Made by a program: the position numbers and the translations under genes. From assembly GCA_036172245.1 (NCBI GenBank), contig JAYWIR010000044.1:1-64000 (forward strand): a stretch of 64,000 nucleotides of DNA. Reading direction: 5' to 3'. This stretch comes from Raillietiella orientalis. Taxonomy: Eukaryota. How positions within the stretch are numbered: position 1 is the first letter of the stretch; every line of letters begins with the position of its first letter. Of the stretch, positions 63,101 to 64,000 are shown piece after piece. The notes under the pieces were generated by a model, which did not search any database, was not told the DNA's origin, and was given only the letters and a program-made list of their open reading frames with translations.

Positions 63101-63648
63101 TAATTTAACTGTCTAAACTGTGAAGATTTTAAATTTGTAACCATGTGTGTAGGTTTTCTTTGTTTTTTCCCAAGTTGAATAAGAGTTCGTTTTTGGGGAT
63201 GTTGGTGTCTAGTGCATATTTCAAGGTGAATCTCGTCAACAAAGGGCATTTCAGGATGAACTGATCGAGGAAGCTGTCATCCATGTGAGCTGGTTTTCTT
63301 TTTGTTGCACTTTGAAAAATGCCAACAAATGCGATGAGCAGCGTGGTGGCATCAGGGTTTTCTTGGATCCTCTTGTTCTCTGGAAGTCTCAGCATTTGGT
63401 TGGTCCTCATGCTTCAGTGCATTACGAGAGAACACTTGCATGGAGTTTGTGTTTGGACGGAAAGGAGGCAGGACGATGCAGAATGAAGGTGCATAAACAG
63501 CAGTGTAACTGTGCTGTGGAGCTGTTGAGAGTTCACCGTTGGCATTTATGTGCCATGCAATCATGGTTGCAAGTCTGCAGGAAAAGCATAGATCAACTCG
63601 TGAACTGGAATCAAGCTGCAAAGTCTTCTGTCTGTGGAAAGTTCGCAC
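60121..63648. repeat. Long inverted repeat: arms 60121-61478 and 62290-63648, ~0.81-kb spacer
   Basis: Arms are near-identical reverse complements. ORFs 60358+/63129- are identical and 60882+/62689- differ by one residue. Confidence 0.97.
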
Positions 63649-64000
63649 ATGGGTGTCATTTGGGTTACAAAACACTTGCTAGGTTATGCCCAAGGAGTTG
63701 CTCATCATTTGATATTGCTAATGGTGTATTCACTGCTGCTTCAGCATCAGGAGCAACCTCTATAACATGTTCTCTTTTGCTGCCTTTGCTTTGCTTAATT
63801 GCTGCCTTTGGATTTGATCACCTACTTGTGAAGGCATTCCCCTGCACATTGGGCATGGAGAGAGTGTCTGTGATGGCTCAAGCAAATTGTGTGAATTGGT
63901 TGGCTCCCATCTCCTCACAGCTTAGGGTGCACAGTGTGCATGCTGGTTGCCCAAACTTTTGTGCTTTAAAAAATGTGGAACTTGTGGTGAGCACACCTGT

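Noticed and set aside
60121..63648. Pack-MULE / foldback transposon interpretation of the inverted repeat
   Set aside because: No TSD at the outer ends, and the right arm continues into similar sequence.

Overview
Eukaryotic, gene-poor 'transposon graveyard'; no intact housekeeping gene, rRNA, tRNA or CRISPR array could be supported. It holds about 16 decayed or nested fragments of one L1/Tx1-like non-LTR retrotransposon family (ORF1 with RRM-like region and two CCHC knuckles; ORF2 RT with YADD and a C-terminal zf-RVT-type zinc finger) in both orientations. Their 3' ends lack poly(A) and stop at a conserved AATAAA + GC-rich hairpin, preceded by a second conserved hairpin with an 8-nt loop. 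Between the LINEs lie heavily frameshifted relics, recognised by eye from motif order only: MULE transposases with SWIM fingers, a possible Fanzor1/TnpB nuclease, an Argonaute/PIWI gene and a Sec7(+PH) gene. Structural features are an ~8.1-kb direct duplication with a third partial copy, several templated fold-back palindromes, and a young ~1.36-kb-arm inverted repeat in a CpG-poor zone at the right end. All relic calls need HMM confirmation.
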